Assembly: GCA_040754655.1 (NCBI GenBank)
Contig: JBFMCE010000053.1
Coordinates: 1 to 29,158 of the forward strand
Direction: 5' to 3'
DNA length: 29,158 nt
From: Bdellovibrionota bacterium
Lineage (GTDB): Bacteria > Bdellovibrionota > UBA1018 > UBA923
Numbering within the stretch: the first letter of the stretch is position 1; each line of letters opens with the position of its first letter. Under the pieces are notes generated by a model that was given only the letters and a program-made list of their open reading frames with translations, was not told the origin of the DNA and made no database searches. Of the stretch, positions 27,146 through 29,158 are shown piece by piece. The translations under genes and the position numbers were made by a program.

Positions 27146-29158
27146 GTGAATTTACCCCAAAGGACGACTTTTCAGAAAATTGGATTAAAACGGATTCTCG
27201 GGTGGGGCTTTGTCAGCTCATTGGTGGGTTTGGCCATCTTTTCTGTGTATTGCGGCATCCTGTTTCATGAACTTGAAGCTCTGATGGCTCAAGAAACAAA
27301 CTCACGTCCCTCGATCATCTACTCTGATTTTTTTGTCCTAAAAAAGGGCGATAACTTTGAAAACACTTTCCTGACCGAACGACTCCGTGATTTGCGAATC
27401 CCTTTCATGAAAACCGAAACTGAGATTGAATGGAAGAATCCAAACTTTGAATACCCCTCTTCGGTTGTGCCTGCCGACTCAGAGTTGCGCGCAAGCCTTG
27501 GCAAAAAAGTTAAAATCGAAATCGATGAGGGCAGGATTGAGTCTATCGAGATAGACGGTGATGATGTCGACGCCGTTCTCATCGAACCCGTGCCGGTTGC
27601 ACAGCTCTCTGGCTCGAACCGCTCGATTCGCGACTATGTGCCGCTGGATAAGATTCCCACCAGGCTTTTACAGGCAATAATCGCCATCGAGGACCAGAGG
27701 TTTCTCGAACATTCTGGTTTTGATCCCCGAAGCTTTGCCCGCGCGGTTTGGGTCAATTTGCGTGAGCGCGCCCTAAGCCAAGGCGGCAGCACGATCACGC
27801 AGCAACTCGTGAAAAACCTGTTGGGCACCTATCAAAAAACCTTATTCCGAAAAGTAAGAGAACTCATCTTGGCCCTGCTCATGGAAGCTCGGTACAATAA
27901 AGATGAGATCTTAGAGAAGTACCTCAACGAAGTTTACGTAGGTCAGATCGGTTCACTAGAAATTCACGGCGTGGCCGAGGCTGCGCGTTACCTCTACAAC
28001 AAACAGCTCGAGTCTCTATCGATGGCTGAGATGGCGCTGATCGCAGGCATCATTCGAGGTCCCGCCTATTACTCGCCGTCGCGCCACTTAGATCGCGCGA
28101 TTGAACGCAAGAACACGGTTTTGAAGAAAATGGCCGAGCTCAAGCTGATCACCCAGAACGAACTGAAACTTGCTTTGAATGAGAAGCTGTCGTTCGTGCC
28201 TCCTTCACTTGTCAATAATAAGGCACCGTACTTCGTCGATTACGTGAAATCGCAGGTGCTCGAGCAACTGGGGGAACGAATTTCGGCTGAAGACCTGAGT
28301 ACCGAAGGGCTCAGGGTCTTCACGACGCTTGACTTGCCTCTGCAACGGCGAGCCGACCAAGCCGTGCTTACAACTGTGCGTGAGCTTGAGGGGCGTTACA
28401 AGATCTCTCGTCCTTTGAGGTTAGAAGGCTTGCTTGTGGCGGCCGAGCATTCGACGGGATTTGTTCGCACTTTGGTCGGCGGAAGATCTTATGCCGAAAC
28501 GACCTTCAACCGGGTGCTCAATATGAAACGCCAGGTAGGAAGCACGTTTAAACCTATTGCTTACCTTGCGGCCCTTCTCAAGGGATCTGATAGCTCTGGA
28601 ATCCGTTACACAGCGGCCTACATGATTGACGATGAGCCTTGGAAATACACTTGGGAGAACAAAAGCTGGTCACCTAAGAATTATGAGCGGGAATACCGTG
28701 GACACATCACGCTTCGCGAGGCATTCGCCAACTCTGTGAATATCCCGATGGCCAAGATCGCGACCGACACCGGAATGAACCATGTGGTTGAAGTGGCAAA
28801 GAAATTGGGCATTCGAGAACCCCTGACACCGGTACCCTCTCTGAGTCTTGGGTCGATTGACCTCAAACCTTTTGAACTCTTGCAAGCCTATTCAACGATT
28901 GCCAATCGTGGGCAACGCGTTGAACTCACGACAGTGCGCGCGATTACCGATGAAAATGGGCGCACCCTTGCTCGTTTCATTCCCGAGGTTGAGCAGGCTC
29001 TCGAACCTGCCGTAATGGATCTTTTAGGGGACCTGCTCAAGAGTGTAGTCAAAGAAGGCACAGCGAAGAGCTTAGCTGCGATGGGATACTCTAAAGTTAC
29101 CCGAGGAAAAACCGGTACCACGAGTTTTTCTCGAGATGCTTGGTTCGCAGGTTATTCG
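27146..29158 (+). CDS. mrcB: Class A penicillin-binding protein, PBP1B-like (3' end runs off the window)
   Basis: Not in the ORF track. Hand translation from GTG 27146 gives a TM segment, EDQRFLEHSG, QGGSTITQQLVKN, RKVRE, STFK (SxxK), SVN (SxN) and GKTGT...AWFAGY. Confidence 0.88.
   Translation, partial: MNLPQRTTFQKIGLKRILGWGFVSSLVGLAIFSVYCGILFHELEALMAQETNSRPSIIYSDFFVLKKGDNFENTFLTERLRDLRIPFMKTETEIEWKNPNFEYPSSVVPADSELRASLGKKVKIEIDEGRIESIEIDGDDVDAVLIEPVPVAQLSGSNRSIRDYVPLDKIPTRLLQAIIAIEDQRFLEHSGFDPRSFARAVWVNLRERALSQGGSTITQQLVKNLLGTYQKTLFRKVRELILALLMEARYNKDEILEKYLNEVYVGQIGSLEIHGVAEAARYLYNKQLESLSMAEMALIAGIIRGPAYYSPSRHLDRAIERKNTVLKKMAELKLITQNELKLALNEKLSFVPPSLVNNKAPYFVDYVKSQVLEQLGERISAEDLSTEGLRVFTTLDLPLQRRADQAVLTTVRELEGRYKISRPLRLEGLLVAAEHSTGFVRTLVGGRSYAETTFNRVLNMKRQVGSTFKPIAYLAALLKGSDSSGIRYTAAYMIDDEPWKYTWENKSWSPKNYEREYRGHITLREAFANSVNIPMAKIATDTGMNHVVEVAKKLGIREPLTPVPSLSLGSIDLKPFELLQAYSTIANRGQRVELTTVRAITDENGRTLARFIPEVEQALEPAVMDLLGDLLKSVVKEGTAKSLAAMGYSKVTRGKTGTTSFSRDAWFAGYS

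Overview
A ~50% GC bacterial chromosomal segment, most likely from Bdellovibrionota or a related delta-type lineage (inferred from gene content). The core is a minus-strand run kdsB-pyrG-kdsA-[degenerate nucleotidyltransferase where kdsD normally sits]-kdsC-lptC(+LptA-like)-lptB-rpoN-hpf. Immediately upstream lies the most interesting locus: a FrzS-like pseudo-receiver/coiled-coil gene followed by a REC-GGDEF gene whose conserved GHxxGD Asp is Thr, the Hypr/GacA signature of 3',3'-cGAMP synthases. This pair has a sigma28-like promoter, both products end in Ala-Ala, and it is divergent from a membrane protein + bactofilin pair. Other genes are rimK with a polybasic tail, a beta-propeller lipoprotein, a signal-peptide SAM-methyltransferase behind a palindromic operator, an M16B peptidase pair, an SDR epimerase, a PhnP-like MBL hydrolase, ald, a GT-C-like membrane protein, an orphan fliL, an outer-membrane beta-barrel and a truncated PBP1B. 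Several genes look leaderless. I saw no rRNA, tRNA, CRISPR array or mobile element. All family calls come from motif recognition by eye; no searches were run.
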